From: a virus
Strand: one strand, 5' to 3'
IMG/VR virus record: IMGVR_UViG_3300045988_034366
DNA length: 64,000 nt
Notes under the pieces: model-generated
The model's input: only the letters and a program-made list of their open reading frames with translations
Told to the model about the DNA's origin: nothing
Databases searched by the model: none
Shown: positions 22,201 to 31,329 of the stretch, one piece after another
Layout of the letters: each line of letters begins with the position of its first letter
How positions within the stretch are numbered: the first letter of the stretch is position 1
Program-made: the position numbers and the translations under genes

Positions 22201-23873
22201 TATAATAATGGGGTAATACCTATAGTATTTGTAAAATCTCCTATATATAGCACCTCTGACCAATTACCAGTCTTATATTGTAATTGTAACCCAAACCTAT
22301 AGGTCTCACCTTTCTTAAAATAAGCAGCTTCATTTGAGGCTTTCAAACTACTATTAAATACATAATCTTTATCTAAGGAAGATACATCTTCTACATTATA
22401 ATTATAATATACAAAATCAACTGAAAGTTGTCTTACCTTTTCTTTTAATTCCTTACTTATATTATAAGTATCTGTATTTATATTCCCTAAAAATAATGTA
22501 TTATCTTTATGTGTAAGGGTAGAAGCTTTAAATAAATCAGGTTGATATAATAATTCAATAGGGTCAACTATAGTTCCTATATTACCTGTATCTATAAAAG
22601 AATATGTATTTCTTGATTCTGAACTATCATCTGTAGTAGATAATTTTATAATAAATGAATCTACATTAAGACCTTCTTTACTCTTAGCTCTTACAAAGAT
22701 TGAAAATTTACCTCCACCATTATGTATATAATTTATAACATTTTCTGTATTAGTAGTTACATTCTGTTTGAATAGAATTTTACCTTCTACTAGAGTATAA
22801 GGGATAATAATATCTTTGTACACATAAAGTACAGGAGATTCTTCATTCAGACCTTGACTTTCAAAATAACATTTCTGTAAATCAAAAGTATTACTATTAA
22901 TTACTTTTTCAACATCAGGTTTATACTCAATATCATTAATAGTAGTTTTAAAATTAGTAATACTTGAAGTATATTTATCTATAGTATCATTTCTTCTTAT
23001 AGTATAAATTTTAGTATTTAAAGTAGTGCCATGCTTATTTTTTACATTAACACAGATATTGAGTACTTCTTTATTCCTAAGCTGTAAAGATGTATTTAAG
23101 GGAATATCTTTAGCCAATGTACCATTATTAATGATATTCACTGTAGTTAATGAATTATCATAATAATAGAAAACTCTCAATGACTTAGTATCAATTAAGT
23201 CTTCATTAACATAATATAGTTTTAAAGAATTAAGAGTTATGTCAATAGCAGTTCCACTATCATTTGCTGCCAACAAGTCCCCATTATTTCCATCTGGGTA
23301 TTTATTAATTATTTCTTCATTATAACTATAATCAAGAGACTCAATGCCATAAGAGAACTTTCTTTCAGGGGTTGTTGGTTCTCCATCTTTTACACCTGTA
23401 ATATAATAGGAGTTCTCAATCTTAACTAAAGGGTCTTCTTTAGTAGATACATAGAGTTCCCAATTCTCATTTAATATTCTTTTTTCACTGCCATCTATTT
23501 CAACAGGTGCAGATGGCCATATCATTAATATAGAAAATTCTTTATCAATAGTAAAAGTATAGCCATTTGATTCATCTCTAAGATAAACATTCTTAAAGTT
23601 TTTAGTATATCTTTCCTCTATAGGAGTCTTAGGAATATTAGTACTGTTAGGTACAGCTCTTGGATTTATACATACTGCATACCTACCATCATAAAGACAT
23701 AAGTCATAGTACCATAAATTTGAGCTAAGGTACATTGAATTAAAGTAATCTATTATAGAACCAGAAGATACAAAGTCTCCTTCTTCACCATACCTTATGC
23801 CATATCCACTAATATGTGTAAAGTCAGGGTCATCTAATTTTACATTATTAAGTAACTTATTTAAATATTTCAT
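19239..23873 (-). CDS. Large tail-complex structural protein (1544 aa)
   Basis: ATG ORF with an ATGA overlap to the upstream gene. N/Y/T-rich, beta-type composition, located in the tail block. Confidence 0.55.
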   Translation of the reverse strand: MKYLNKLLNNVKLDDPDFTHISGYGIRYGEEGDFVSSGSIIDYFNSMYLSSNLWYYDLCLYDGRYAVCINPRAVPNSTNIPKTPIEERYTKNFKNVYLRDESNGYTFTIDKEFSILMIWPSAPVEIDGSEKRILNENWELYVSTKEDPLVKIENSYYITGVKDGEPTTPERKFSYGIESLDYSYNEEIINKYPDGNNGDLLAANDSGTAIDITLNSLKLYYVNEDLIDTKSLRVFYYYDNSLTTVNIINNGTLAKDIPLNTSLQLRNKEVLNICVNVKNKHGTTLNTKIYTIRRNDTIDKYTSSITNFKTTINDIEYKPDVEKVINSNTFDLQKCYFESQGLNEESPVLYVYKDIIIPYTLVEGKILFKQNVTTNTENVINYIHNGGGKFSIFVRAKSKEGLNVDSFIIKLSTTDDSSESRNTYSFIDTGNIGTIVDPIELLYQPDLFKASTLTHKDNTLFLGNINTDTYNISKELKEKVRQLSVDFVYYNYNVEDVSSLDKDYVFNSSLKASNEAAYFKKGETYRFGLQLQYKTGNWSEVLYIGDFTNTIGITPLLYNDGIESKPIARITITKELIEEFKANGFIGARPLCVYPDVNTRKVLCQGILCSTLYNVRDRHNNAPYVQSDWFARPQYTFIPDNTRNNIDMQGLAHAGNYLESNMFTVEDGKYKLKTLPSAMQFNGEIQCVDNIDNYEINSGDIDNINKVYGIDKRILTIHSPELDLNYSDELTHIALDSNIKLRIVGYAPLKHTLSDITIQTENLFNPYAGAFNTFIRRRASSTGKNVSSRSLINWQFWVDSEYDTGMQYQGENVGVGNSFAIYPWHRKGSLNNTPKTVDAANRKSILSKKIMSNYRICLPSRFLNTYKECAIQDFKIFNSDQVSSIINLKAFGRNIQYKGNCDKILTFKATKKEDVTNIKDECLLSAASRHGHTSNLRQDSDINILQRITYQLSWAGVIYEDTAKNYYPLQNNKNVPGFNQDPVPIQYKSTGHGVMVLDYKNNKYNLLPKLKNNSNIINESGSMTFNKEVLFNKDDLNINNYDFNQDYININDYSIAEYDGNAGDFGYYLIGEIYRDKIINAFGGDDETVLSNNVWQVCGNNVPFKENITSIYATQGDTFYCRYDHLKTYSNTREDINQVIDIPSFMVETRINIDGRYDRNRGNENNLSVNPNNFNLFNKVYSQSNNFYTAKYLEEDKSSTTKFPNQIVWSLTKTLGEETDSWTNIHLNNALDLDGDLGKVTSLKRINNEIYSFQEKGISKINFNSRVQLNTSDGLPIELANSGKVDGKLYITNKFGCQNKWSMAETPSGVYFVDDLNQGILSFNGQSIADLTYTKNMYSWINSNVSLASWNPEDYGAIRTFYDRNNSDIYFTTSTDSLAFSEKLGAFSSFYDYGKVEWMFNVEGNTYQVKGNEVWKLQGGGDYGTFFGENKGYSLAVIANPEFHLDKIFDTIEFRTNGIEHFTNWKADSYPFNLLVTTNEYQTATSTTSSLKKKFRTWRWQVGRSNSFGKFKRDRIRNPWAKIAMSGNSNKEVRLYDIAVTYYT

Positions 23874-24706
23874 ATCTTTATATCTTTAATTAGAGTAACA
23901 GTAGGAGTTGCATCTAAAGAAGTTCTAAATATTCTATACACTTTTACATAATCAAAAGTAGTATTTAAGTTTATTATTTCTATATTAAAAGATACCCCAC
24001 TTTTCTGTGACCCATCTGGATTAAGACCTCTACCATTATCAGAAGTATAATATAAAGGAGACATACAACACATTCCTGTGGATTGACCATATTTATTATA
24101 ATATGATAAAGCATATTGAACAACACCTGCCTCAAAGTTTCCATTCACTTCAAATACAGGAGTAACATAAAATTCAGTATTTACATTTGATATTATAGGA
24201 TTAAAATCAAATTGAAAATTGTCATCTTCCTTTATATACTTTCTTATTTCTTCTTCTGATTGTCCTTCAAGATTTAATAATAACACCCTAGGTGAATTTA
24301 TGCCATCTACCCAATATACCTTTTGTATATCTGAAGTTTCATAAATTCCTATACTTTCTATAGGATGTAAAGTATTGAAACCTAGATTACCCCTATATAA
24401 TAAGATTTCCTGTTGTAAATTACCATTAATACTTTTTATGTTATATATTGCATCAGGTTTAGTATCACCTAAATTAGTTACAAATAGAATGGCATTATTA
24501 TTTATTACTTGAATACCAATAATAGTACCTTGTATAGTAAGTATCTTAGAATTACTTTTTTCATTAACAAGACATAAGGAAGTATCTTTACCCGTAGTAA
24601 CTATCCTCATGTTCCTAATACTATATGCAGCATCAGCAGGAAATTGGCTAACTGCCAAATCCTGCTGCATACTTTTAGGTACTATAGATATTTGTTTCTT
24701 TTGCAT
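23870..24706 (-). CDS. Tail-associated structural protein (278 aa)
   Basis: ATG ORF, tightly packed in the tail block. Confidence 0.55.
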   Translation of the reverse strand: MQKKQISIVPKSMQQDLAVSQFPADAAYSIRNMRIVTTGKDTSLCLVNEKSNSKILTIQGTIIGIQVINNNAILFVTNLGDTKPDAIYNIKSINGNLQQEILLYRGNLGFNTLHPIESIGIYETSDIQKVYWVDGINSPRVLLLNLEGQSEEEIRKYIKEDDNFQFDFNPIISNVNTEFYVTPVFEVNGNFEAGVVQYALSYYNKYGQSTGMCCMSPLYYTSDNGRGLNPDGSQKSGVSFNIEIINLNTTFDYVKVYRIFRTSLDATPTVTLIKDIKI

Positions 24707-24707
24707 A

Positions 24708-25415
24708 TCATTGTATTCTTATAAATTCTCTTTTCCCTAATGATTTCATGCCTTTACTATGTTCATTGGTTCTTTGCAATAACTGAGTCCACATATTACT
24801 GATGGATTCCATCTGGTCTATAGTAGGCATATTTAAATCTCTTTGTGCCTGACCAACATACCACGCATATTCTTGCTGAGTATTTTGTAATACTGCATTA
24901 TTAATTTTACCCTGGTCAAAGAGAATTGTAAATACTTTTTTCTTTATATAAAGTTCTAATGCCTGTATAAAGCTACTATTTTCAGGTATCATAGGATAAC
25001 CTTCATCGTCTACTTTAATAGCATGATAGGCAACTTCTATAACCCCTTCCTTAAGGGAGGTATAGATAGCATTATTCTGTAACTTATAAGTCAAGTCCCC
25101 AGTCTCTGAGTTCCCATTAGGCTCCTTCTTAGAACTATAATGGAAATTATCTGAAGCATATCTAAATACTTTAGGACAATATTCCCCTTCCTTATAAGTC
25201 CTCACTTGTATCATATCATAGTAGTCACAAGGCAAACACCCCCTGTAGTTCTCTATGTTAACTAGAGCTGTCTTTTCTTCAAACTCATTAGGCACTCCTA
25301 CAATCTGTATGAAGTGTACAGCGTAGTTTACAGCTCTTTCAAAAGACAGGTCTTGTAGGAGAGGGTGGTCTAACAAGTCATCTAGTATTTGTTTAATGCT
25401 AATATATTTAGTCAT
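24708..25415 (-). CDS. Tail-associated structural protein (235 aa)
   Basis: ATG ORF, tightly packed in the tail block. Confidence 0.55.
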   Translation of the reverse strand: MTKYISIKQILDDLLDHPLLQDLSFERAVNYAVHFIQIVGVPNEFEEKTALVNIENYRGCLPCDYYDMIQVRTYKEGEYCPKVFRYASDNFHYSSKKEPNGNSETGDLTYKLQNNAIYTSLKEGVIEVAYHAIKVDDEGYPMIPENSSFIQALELYIKKKVFTILFDQGKINNAVLQNTQQEYAWYVGQAQRDLNMPTIDQMESISNMWTQLLQRTNEHSKGMKSLGKREFIRIQ

Positions 25416-25428
25416 TTCTTAATTATTA

Positions 25429-26112
25429 TTACTTAAAAGTTGTTGGTCCTTTTCTTTTATCCTTTTTATAGGCTGTTACTACCGCAGTATGTAAATTAAT
25501 CTCATCAGGATATTGAGACCTAAAATAATAATCTTCAGTATGATTTCCTCCTGTAGCAACGTCTAAAGTATGGTAGTCTGCAAGTCTTTTACCTACAACT
25601 AAATTATCTTCAGTATTGTGACCGCCCCTACTATACCTAAGAATAGGATTGTTGTTCTCATCAAGACCTTCAATTAACATAGTATGATAAGTACCCGTAT
25701 TAGGATTTTTACTTATTAATAAATCCCCAGGAATAGCTTCATCCTTGCTTATCTCTCTATATCCTGTATTTGGATTATTTACTATGTTTTTAGCAGACAT
25801 GTAAGAATTATTAGGATTTACCCATTGAGTTGCAGATAAAGTACAATTAGATAAACCCCCTCTGCCAAAAACATCTTTAAGAGTTTTTCTGATTCCATAT
25901 ATAACAGGATTCATATTAAAATCTCTTGCACTATTATAGTTTGAAGCTACGGTATTTGCTTTATTAAGAACTTTATCTCTTTCACTTAAAGGTCCGCCTT
26001 CTTCAAATTTGTTATATATCTCCCTAATAGTGTTTAAATCAGTAATACCATTATTTATTCCTAACTTTATATAAGCTGCCCTATCACGCATAGATAACTT
26101 ATTCCAACTCAT
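25429..26112 (-). CDS. NlpC/P60- or CHAP-like cell-wall peptidase (virion-associated lysin candidate)
   Basis: Candidate Cys nucleophile in GGLSNCTLSATQW and His in IPGDLLISKNPNTGTYHTMLIEG, with spacing typical of papain-like amidases. Confidence 0.5.
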   Translation of the reverse strand: MSWNKLSMRDRAAYIKLGINNGITDLNTIREIYNKFEEGGPLSERDKVLNKANTVASNYNSARDFNMNPVIYGIRKTLKDVFGRGGLSNCTLSATQWVNPNNSYMSAKNIVNNPNTGYREISKDEAIPGDLLISKNPNTGTYHTMLIEGLDENNNPILRYSRGGHNTEDNLVVGKRLADYHTLDVATGGNHTEDYYFRSQYPDEINLHTAVVTAYKKDKRKGPTTFK

Positions 26113-26113
26113 A

Positions 26114-26641
26114 CTAATTTCTATTTAATAGGAAAGCATCTACTTTGCCTTCCTTGATATTTCTTTTAAGAGTTTTCTTCAGCTCCCTATTGGCATTGAA
26201 CTGGTAGAAAGATTTGTTTGTATAGTCTGCCTTAGCCTTGTTATAATGAACCTTGAAAATCTCTTTTTCCTCCATTTTAATGAGTGTTCTACTCTTATAG
26301 GCTTCCTCATCTTCACACCATAATTTAAGTGTCCTATCCCAATCTATTGGGAGATTGCTATGCAGTTTCCCATCCTTGAAATTAACATAAGTACTTATCT
26401 TTCTGAGTTCTATAGTGCCCATCCTATGAGGAAGTTTTATATCCCCTCCTGTAGATAGGTTGAGAGCAAGTTCATTGTTTATCTTTCTAATTATACTATA
26501 AAACTCATGCTCAGTAAGCCTTTGACCTATATCAATCCATTGCCTCTTTCTAAGCCACTTGTAAGCATCATATACTCCCAATGACTTGTTCACTTTATGA
26601 ACTCTAGGCTCATTTAATTTAAGAAGTTCTTCCCTAGTCAT
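26114..26641 (-). CDS. HU/IHF-like DNA-binding protein (175 aa)
   Basis: EFYSIIRKINNELALNLSTGGDIKLPHRMGTIELRK resembles the HU/IHF helix-helix-G..v.L.G.G.f.v core. IHF-like genes are typical of crAss-like structural blocks. Confidence 0.4.
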   Translation of the reverse strand: MTREELLKLNEPRVHKVNKSLGVYDAYKWLRKRQWIDIGQRLTEHEFYSIIRKINNELALNLSTGGDIKLPHRMGTIELRKISTYVNFKDGKLHSNLPIDWDRTLKLWCEDEEAYKSRTLIKMEEKEIFKVHYNKAKADYTNKSFYQFNANRELKKTLKRNIKEGKVDAFLLNRN

Positions 26642-27363
26642 TAAGATTCAATCTGCTTCTGTAAGTTTGATTTAGCATTCCTTGCTATGAAGTTAGCTAG
26701 ATTAGCCAAGTCATCCATAGCATTGTTCTCAGAATCTTCAGGCTTATATATAGCTCCTGAAAGTTCCTTGGTCACTAGCTCTGTTAAAGGAGGAATAAGT
26801 GCATCTTCAAGAGGAAACTCTTTGTCAAGAATATCACAGCTCTCTGATTGCTCACACTCTAATTCTGAGGCTTCTTCTGCATCACTAAATACTCCAGTAA
26901 ACTTTATTTCCTCTAAGTAATAGAGCTGTGGGTTTGAAGACTTCAGGTATAAATATCCATCAGGTCCTTTAGCAGCATAAATTATATTCTGAAGCCATTT
27001 ATTGTGTCCTATATATCTCAGCCTATCCCTAGATACATAAGTTATCTCTCCATTGAAGTAGTCATCTGAATGCACTCTAGATTGTCCTATATTCATAGTT
27101 TCAGGTATCTTCTTAGTACTCCTCATATAGGTACCTTCACAAGGTATTCCCTCTACTCCTTCATGCTCTTCTAGGTCTAAGCACAGAGTCTGATAGTTGG
27201 ATAATGGAACTTCCTTCCTTACATCAGAGTATCTTTGCTTTAAGAGAAAAGCCCTATATTTACTTAGCAAGAATATAATATGGTCTTCAGTAAAAGATGA
27301 ATCATCACTCATAAGTTTTAGTTCATCTAATATTAAGTACACTAGTTGTCTGTATGTTCTCAT
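26641..27363 (-). CDS. Structural-block protein, unknown function (240 aa)
   Basis: ATG ORF with its own -7 box upstream; 1-nt overlap with the next gene. Confidence 0.55.
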   Translation of the reverse strand: MRTYRQLVYLILDELKLMSDDSSFTEDHIIFLLSKYRAFLLKQRYSDVRKEVPLSNYQTLCLDLEEHEGVEGIPCEGTYMRSTKKIPETMNIGQSRVHSDDYFNGEITYVSRDRLRYIGHNKWLQNIIYAAKGPDGYLYLKSSNPQLYYLEEIKFTGVFSDAEEASELECEQSESCDILDKEFPLEDALIPPLTELVTKELSGAIYKPEDSENNAMDDLANLANFIARNAKSNLQKQIES

Positions 27364-27373
27364 ATTGATACAT

Positions 27374-27430
27374 ATTAAAAAAGTTCTTGTGGCAAAGATA
27401 CTAAGAATTTATCAATGCCACAAGAACTTT
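27374..27430 (-). terminator. Intrinsic terminator after the glycosyltransferase gene
   Basis: Perfect 14-bp stem (27380-27393 / 27417-27430) followed on the minus strand by a T6 run. Confidence 0.7.
27393..27400 (-). promoter_or_regulatory. Bacteroidota-type -7 box (TATCTTTGCC) for gene 26641-27363, lying in the terminator loop
   Basis: TAnnTTTG match about 30 nt upstream of the ATG at 27363. Confidence 0.5.
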
Positions 27431-27462
27431 ATTGTTTTAGTTATTGTTCTTACAAAGTTTTA

Positions 27463-29763
27463 TTAACAGGATACCTTAGCATTCAATTCAAGGAAGTAGC
27501 TCATGTCATGCTTTGCAACCTTAGTGAAAAAATACTTCTTAAAGCTAGCTAACTTATCATAGTTCTGCATCAACATAGCTTTAGCAGCATCAAATGCCGC
27601 ATCCCCAATTCTCTTTCTAAGATGTTCCTCATATACAGGAATCTTATCATCAGAAGAGAATAAATGTATGAGGTATAACTGATTATGGTCTACCTGTGTA
27701 GTAGTTACTACATAATTACCTCTTTCTCTGTAAAGGTGTCCTACTCCCCAATTCTTGATAAGAAGAACTTCACCTCCTGCAAGCCATGTCTTGATAGACA
27801 TCAGAGGTTCATCTAATCCATACTTTATAAGACCAGTAAGTCCTCCAATCTTGAACCACCATCCTATACTTGAAGCATATACTGCTCCTAATACACAAGA
27901 GCAGGGAACTACTTCTGCATCAGGATTTTGGTCTAGTAGCTTATCTGTCCACTTAGCTGTGTATTCCCATCCATCCTCTGTCATATTAACAAATGAGGCA
28001 TAAGTACCAAACCTTTTTCTTCCTATATGCCCATCTTCATTACTATAGATTCCATATTCATCTTTACCAAAGTAGACAGTGTTAGAAGTTATTAGTCTAT
28101 TAGGATTTTCATCAAGAAGACTTACTAGTCTCTCATCCCAATTAAACTCATAGAATCTCATATGGGCATCAAGCAGCACAAAGTAAGGAGTAGTGCAATG
28201 GAATACACCAAAGTTCCTAGAACCTGCTACACCTAGGTTAGTATCATTCCTATAGTAGTCACATCCAAAGATTTCAGCTACTTTCTTGTAATTATACCCA
28301 TCATTGCTATTATCATCAATGAGCATAATCTTCACATCCTTGGCTGTAGCTCTTACAGAAGTAACAGTTTTCTCTACTTCATATCCTTCATTTTGGAAAG
28401 GAATAATTACAGTTAATTTACTATTGCTTCCCTTAATATGGTCCCCATTACCTACATTAGCATGGCAATAAGCATTCTGAATCATGGTAGCACCATCAAA
28501 GGGGCTTGGATTCATTGTAACCTGTTTATCATGCTGTCTATAATAGTTTACTACCTTAGGAACATTGAATATCTTCAACCCATGAGTAACAGCAGTTATC
28601 CATAGCTTTTGGTCTTCAGCACCATCAAATATCTTTTCATACCAGAAAGGAAGTTTTAATAGTGAAGATTTTCTCATCATAACTGTAGGATGCCCTATGC
28701 AATTATGATGGTCCAAATATTCTCTTATAACCTCACCTGGCCCTGGTTGGAAGTATTCTTTAACTGCTTTCCCATTACCCCATTCAAATCCAGCACCCAT
28801 AATATCTACATCAGGATGCCCCTGCATCCAATTAAACTGATATTCAAGTCTATCAGGATACATCATATCATCAGCATCCATCCTAGCTATGTAGATTCCA
28901 ATAGCTCTTCTAATACCTAGGTTAAGTGCTTCTGATATACCATCATGCCTCTTCTTTATATAGACAATCCTATCATCTGTATAGGATTTGATTATATTCT
29001 CTGTATTATCTGTTGAACCATCATCAACAATGATAAATTCAAAGTCAGTGAAAGTTTGTGCAAGTACACTATCTATACACTCCTTAAGATATGTTTCACC
29101 ATTATACACAGGCATAACAACTGAAATCATCTTATAGTGAGAAGTCATGCCTAGATGAATAGCATGAGTGTCTTCAGTAGGATGAAATTCATCTATAGGA
29201 TAGAAATACATCTTAGGGTAAATAGTAAGCCCATCAAACTTCTGTAACAGATTCACATCAGGGCTAAAGTCATATATCTCCTTTACACCTGCTGTTGTAG
29301 CATAGATACTATTGTATATATTAAGAGAACCATCCCTCTTAATATAGTGCTTATTCTCCATCTTATCTAAGAGAGCCTTAATAGTTGGATTACCTTTCTC
29401 TGCTCCTACTAAGCCCCATCCTATTTCACCAGGGTTTATCATTCCTACAAACATCTTGTTGTCTAGGAATGGGTCTAGGGATTTAGTAACCATTTGGTCT
29501 GCATCTAGGTATATGCCACCATAGTTATAAAGTACATATAGCCTCATATAGTCTACTATGTAACCATAAGAGCCACATCCACATTCATAACATTCTTTTA
29601 CCCAAGGAACAGAATTAACATCAAAAGTTTCTTCATTCCATAATCTTATCTCATAATCTGGCAGAATCCTCTTCCATGATTCAATACTTCTCTGAACTGC
29701 TTTGGGTAATTCCTTATTTTTGTCTTTGCTGAACCAGCAATAATGTATTATTTTGGGAATCAT
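27463..29763 (-). CDS. Three-domain glycosyltransferase (DXD sugar-binding GT32-like + GT2 + GT2/GT27-like)
   Basis: Domain 1 (aa 1-205): IPKIIHYCWFS...GGIYLDADQ. Domain 2 (aa 212-415): ISVVMPVYNGETYL...FIIVDDGSTDNT...ARMDADD. Domain 3 (aa 449-700): LTVIIPFQNEG...LIDDNSNDG...VLLDAHMRF. Confidence 0.8.
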   Translation of the reverse strand: MIPKIIHYCWFSKDKNKELPKAVQRSIESWKRILPDYEIRLWNEETFDVNSVPWVKECYECGCGSYGYIVDYMRLYVLYNYGGIYLDADQMVTKSLDPFLDNKMFVGMINPGEIGWGLVGAEKGNPTIKALLDKMENKHYIKRDGSLNIYNSIYATTAGVKEIYDFSPDVNLLQKFDGLTIYPKMYFYPIDEFHPTEDTHAIHLGMTSHYKMISVVMPVYNGETYLKECIDSVLAQTFTDFEFIIVDDGSTDNTENIIKSYTDDRIVYIKKRHDGISEALNLGIRRAIGIYIARMDADDMMYPDRLEYQFNWMQGHPDVDIMGAGFEWGNGKAVKEYFQPGPGEVIREYLDHHNCIGHPTVMMRKSSLLKLPFWYEKIFDGAEDQKLWITAVTHGLKIFNVPKVVNYYRQHDKQVTMNPSPFDGATMIQNAYCHANVGNGDHIKGSNSKLTVIIPFQNEGYEVEKTVTSVRATAKDVKIMLIDDNSNDGYNYKKVAEIFGCDYYRNDTNLGVAGSRNFGVFHCTTPYFVLLDAHMRFYEFNWDERLVSLLDENPNRLITSNTVYFGKDEYGIYSNEDGHIGRKRFGTYASFVNMTEDGWEYTAKWTDKLLDQNPDAEVVPCSCVLGAVYASSIGWWFKIGGLTGLIKYGLDEPLMSIKTWLAGGEVLLIKNWGVGHLYRERGNYVVTTTQVDHNQLYLIHLFSSDDKIPVYEEHLRKRIGDAAFDAAKAMLMQNYDKLASFKKYFFTKVAKHDMSYFLELNAKVSC

Positions 29764-29783
29764 ACTGATAAGATTTTTAATAA

Positions 29784-29813
29784 AGTAAGTACTGGATAAT
29801 ACCAGTACTTACT
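29784..29813 (-). terminator. Hairpin between the Thr-linker gene run and the glycosyltransferase gene (weak terminator/attenuator)
   Basis: Perfect 12-bp stem AGTAAGTACTGG / CCAGTACTTACT with a 6-nt loop; only a weak U-tract on the minus strand. Confidence 0.4.
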
Positions 29814-29826
29814 ATTTTGTTATGTA

Positions 29827-30498
29827 TTAGGCATTCACTAAAGGAGCATTTTTCATATCAATTACTACACTTGACTGAGTAGTACCTGCTAGACTGACTT
29901 CTTTAGGGTTAAGGCCATCAGATGTAACCTTAATTACAGTACCACCTGTATTAGATTGTAACTTAAGTACTGCTGGTGCTGCTGTTGTAGTTGTAGTACT
30001 AGTAGTTGTTGTAGTTGTAGTACTAGTAGTTGTAGCACTTGCTAAAACTGCCTCTACTATAATATTGCTACCTGGAGTAATGGCATCTGTAGTATAAGGT
30101 AATTTAACAATCTGACCATTGACTTTCAGCTGTGGAATCTTCCAGTCAGGATTAACAACTGTAGCAGAAGTAAATCCTATAGTGATAGTAGGAGTAACAT
30201 CTGTTGGGAACTCTAAGGTCTTTACAACACCATTAGAACCAACTGGGACTGTACCAAAGGTACCTGTAACTGTGTAATTTGTAATACTATTACCCTTGAA
30301 AGTAACAGTAACAGGCTTCTGTGAGTACCTAATATACAACTCTTTAGTTTGTCCAGATTTCAGAGTGAAATCATGGACCTTACTTGAGGTAAGTAAGGTT
30401 TTATAGTTTTTGTCTGCATATATACCCTTAAACACTTTACCTGAAGGGTCAGCAGAGGTAACTTGAACTTTTACTTGTCTTTGTCTAATTTGTGCCAT
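29827..30498 (-). CDS. Beta-rich virion surface protein with poly-Thr/Ser linker (223 aa)
   Basis: ATG ORF. Contains SATTTSTTTTTTTSTTTTTAAP between two beta-rich modules. Confidence 0.6.
   Translation of the reverse strand: MAQIRQRQVKVQVTSADPSGKVFKGIYADKNYKTLLTSSKVHDFTLKSGQTKELYIRYSQKPVTVTFKGNSITNYTVTGTFGTVPVGSNGVVKTLEFPTDVTPTITIGFTSATVVNPDWKIPQLKVNGQIVKLPYTTDAITPGSNIIVEAVLASATTTSTTTTTTTSTTTTTAAPAVLKLQSNTGGTVIKVTSDGLNPKEVSLAGTTQSSVVIDMKNAPLVNA
29984..30031 (-). repeat. Tandem 24-nt x2 repeat encoding the poly-Thr linker
   Basis: GTTGTAGTTGTAGTACTAGTAGTT occurs twice back to back on the plus strand. Confidence 0.85.
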
Positions 30499-30502
30499 AT
30501 TT

Positions 30503-31327
30503 TTAGGGAATTGAAAATTTTGTACTAGTTGAAGTAGTGGTTGGGGTAGAATTAGAACCCTTAAATTTAATAGTTATATATGACATACCATCAGAAGGAG
30601 TATCAAATTTATATTCTTGCTCATTTGATAGTAGCTCACCTGTCTTGCTGTCATAGAATCCAATAACCTGCTCATAAGTAGAAAGAGGAAGGCTAAGAGT
30701 AATTTTGCTGCCTATTGTGCCTCCCATGCCTGAATAAGAATAGTGAACTGTATCTCCCTTTAAGACAAAGGAGGTATTATCTCCATTAGAGATATTTACA
30801 TTAACTGTTCTTGAATCTTCAGGCAGGTTCACATCCAGGTCTCTGGTATCTAGTTGCAGATATGCTAACTGACCTGGAGGCTCAGTGGATATAGTACCAG
30901 TAGTTGATGTAGTAGAACTACTACCTATTTCAACAACTTCTCCATCAGATAGAGTAACTTCTACCTTAACATTATCTGCATTAGCATGAAGAATAACATA
31001 TGTAGAAGTGTCTACAATCTTTGTTAGTGTAGAATAGAAATCATCTTTTGTTTTATCGCCACTATTAGACTTATAATTTTGATAAGTACTATCAGCTTTC
31101 TCAACTAGGTTAGAATCTGATACTCCATCCTTAAACCAGTACTCAGTAATAGAATCACCACTTTTGACACCAATAGTCAAACCTACACATCTTTTAGATG
31201 TGGTAAGTGCAGTCAAAGCTGCACTTACACTATTATATGGTCCATATCTCTTATCCATTTGAGGATAAGGATTAAATCTACTATCACTCCCAGTGAAGTT
31301 CACAATATCACTTATAGTTACTGCCAT
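30503..31327 (-). CDS. Beta-rich virion surface protein with Thr/Ser linkers (274 aa)
   Basis: ATG ORF. Has an internal SSSTTSTTGTISTEPP and ends in NSTPTTTSTSTKFSIP. Confidence 0.6.
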   Translation of the reverse strand: MAVTISDIVNFTGSDSRFNPYPQMDKRYGPYNSVSAALTALTTSKRCVGLTIGVKSGDSITEYWFKDGVSDSNLVEKADSTYQNYKSNSGDKTKDDFYSTLTKIVDTSTYVILHANADNVKVEVTLSDGEVVEIGSSSTTSTTGTISTEPPGQLAYLQLDTRDLDVNLPEDSRTVNVNISNGDNTSFVLKGDTVHYSYSGMGGTIGSKITLSLPLSTYEQVIGFYDSKTGELLSNEQEYKFDTPSDGMSYITIKFKGSNSTPTTTSTSTKFSIP

Positions 31328-31329
31328 CT

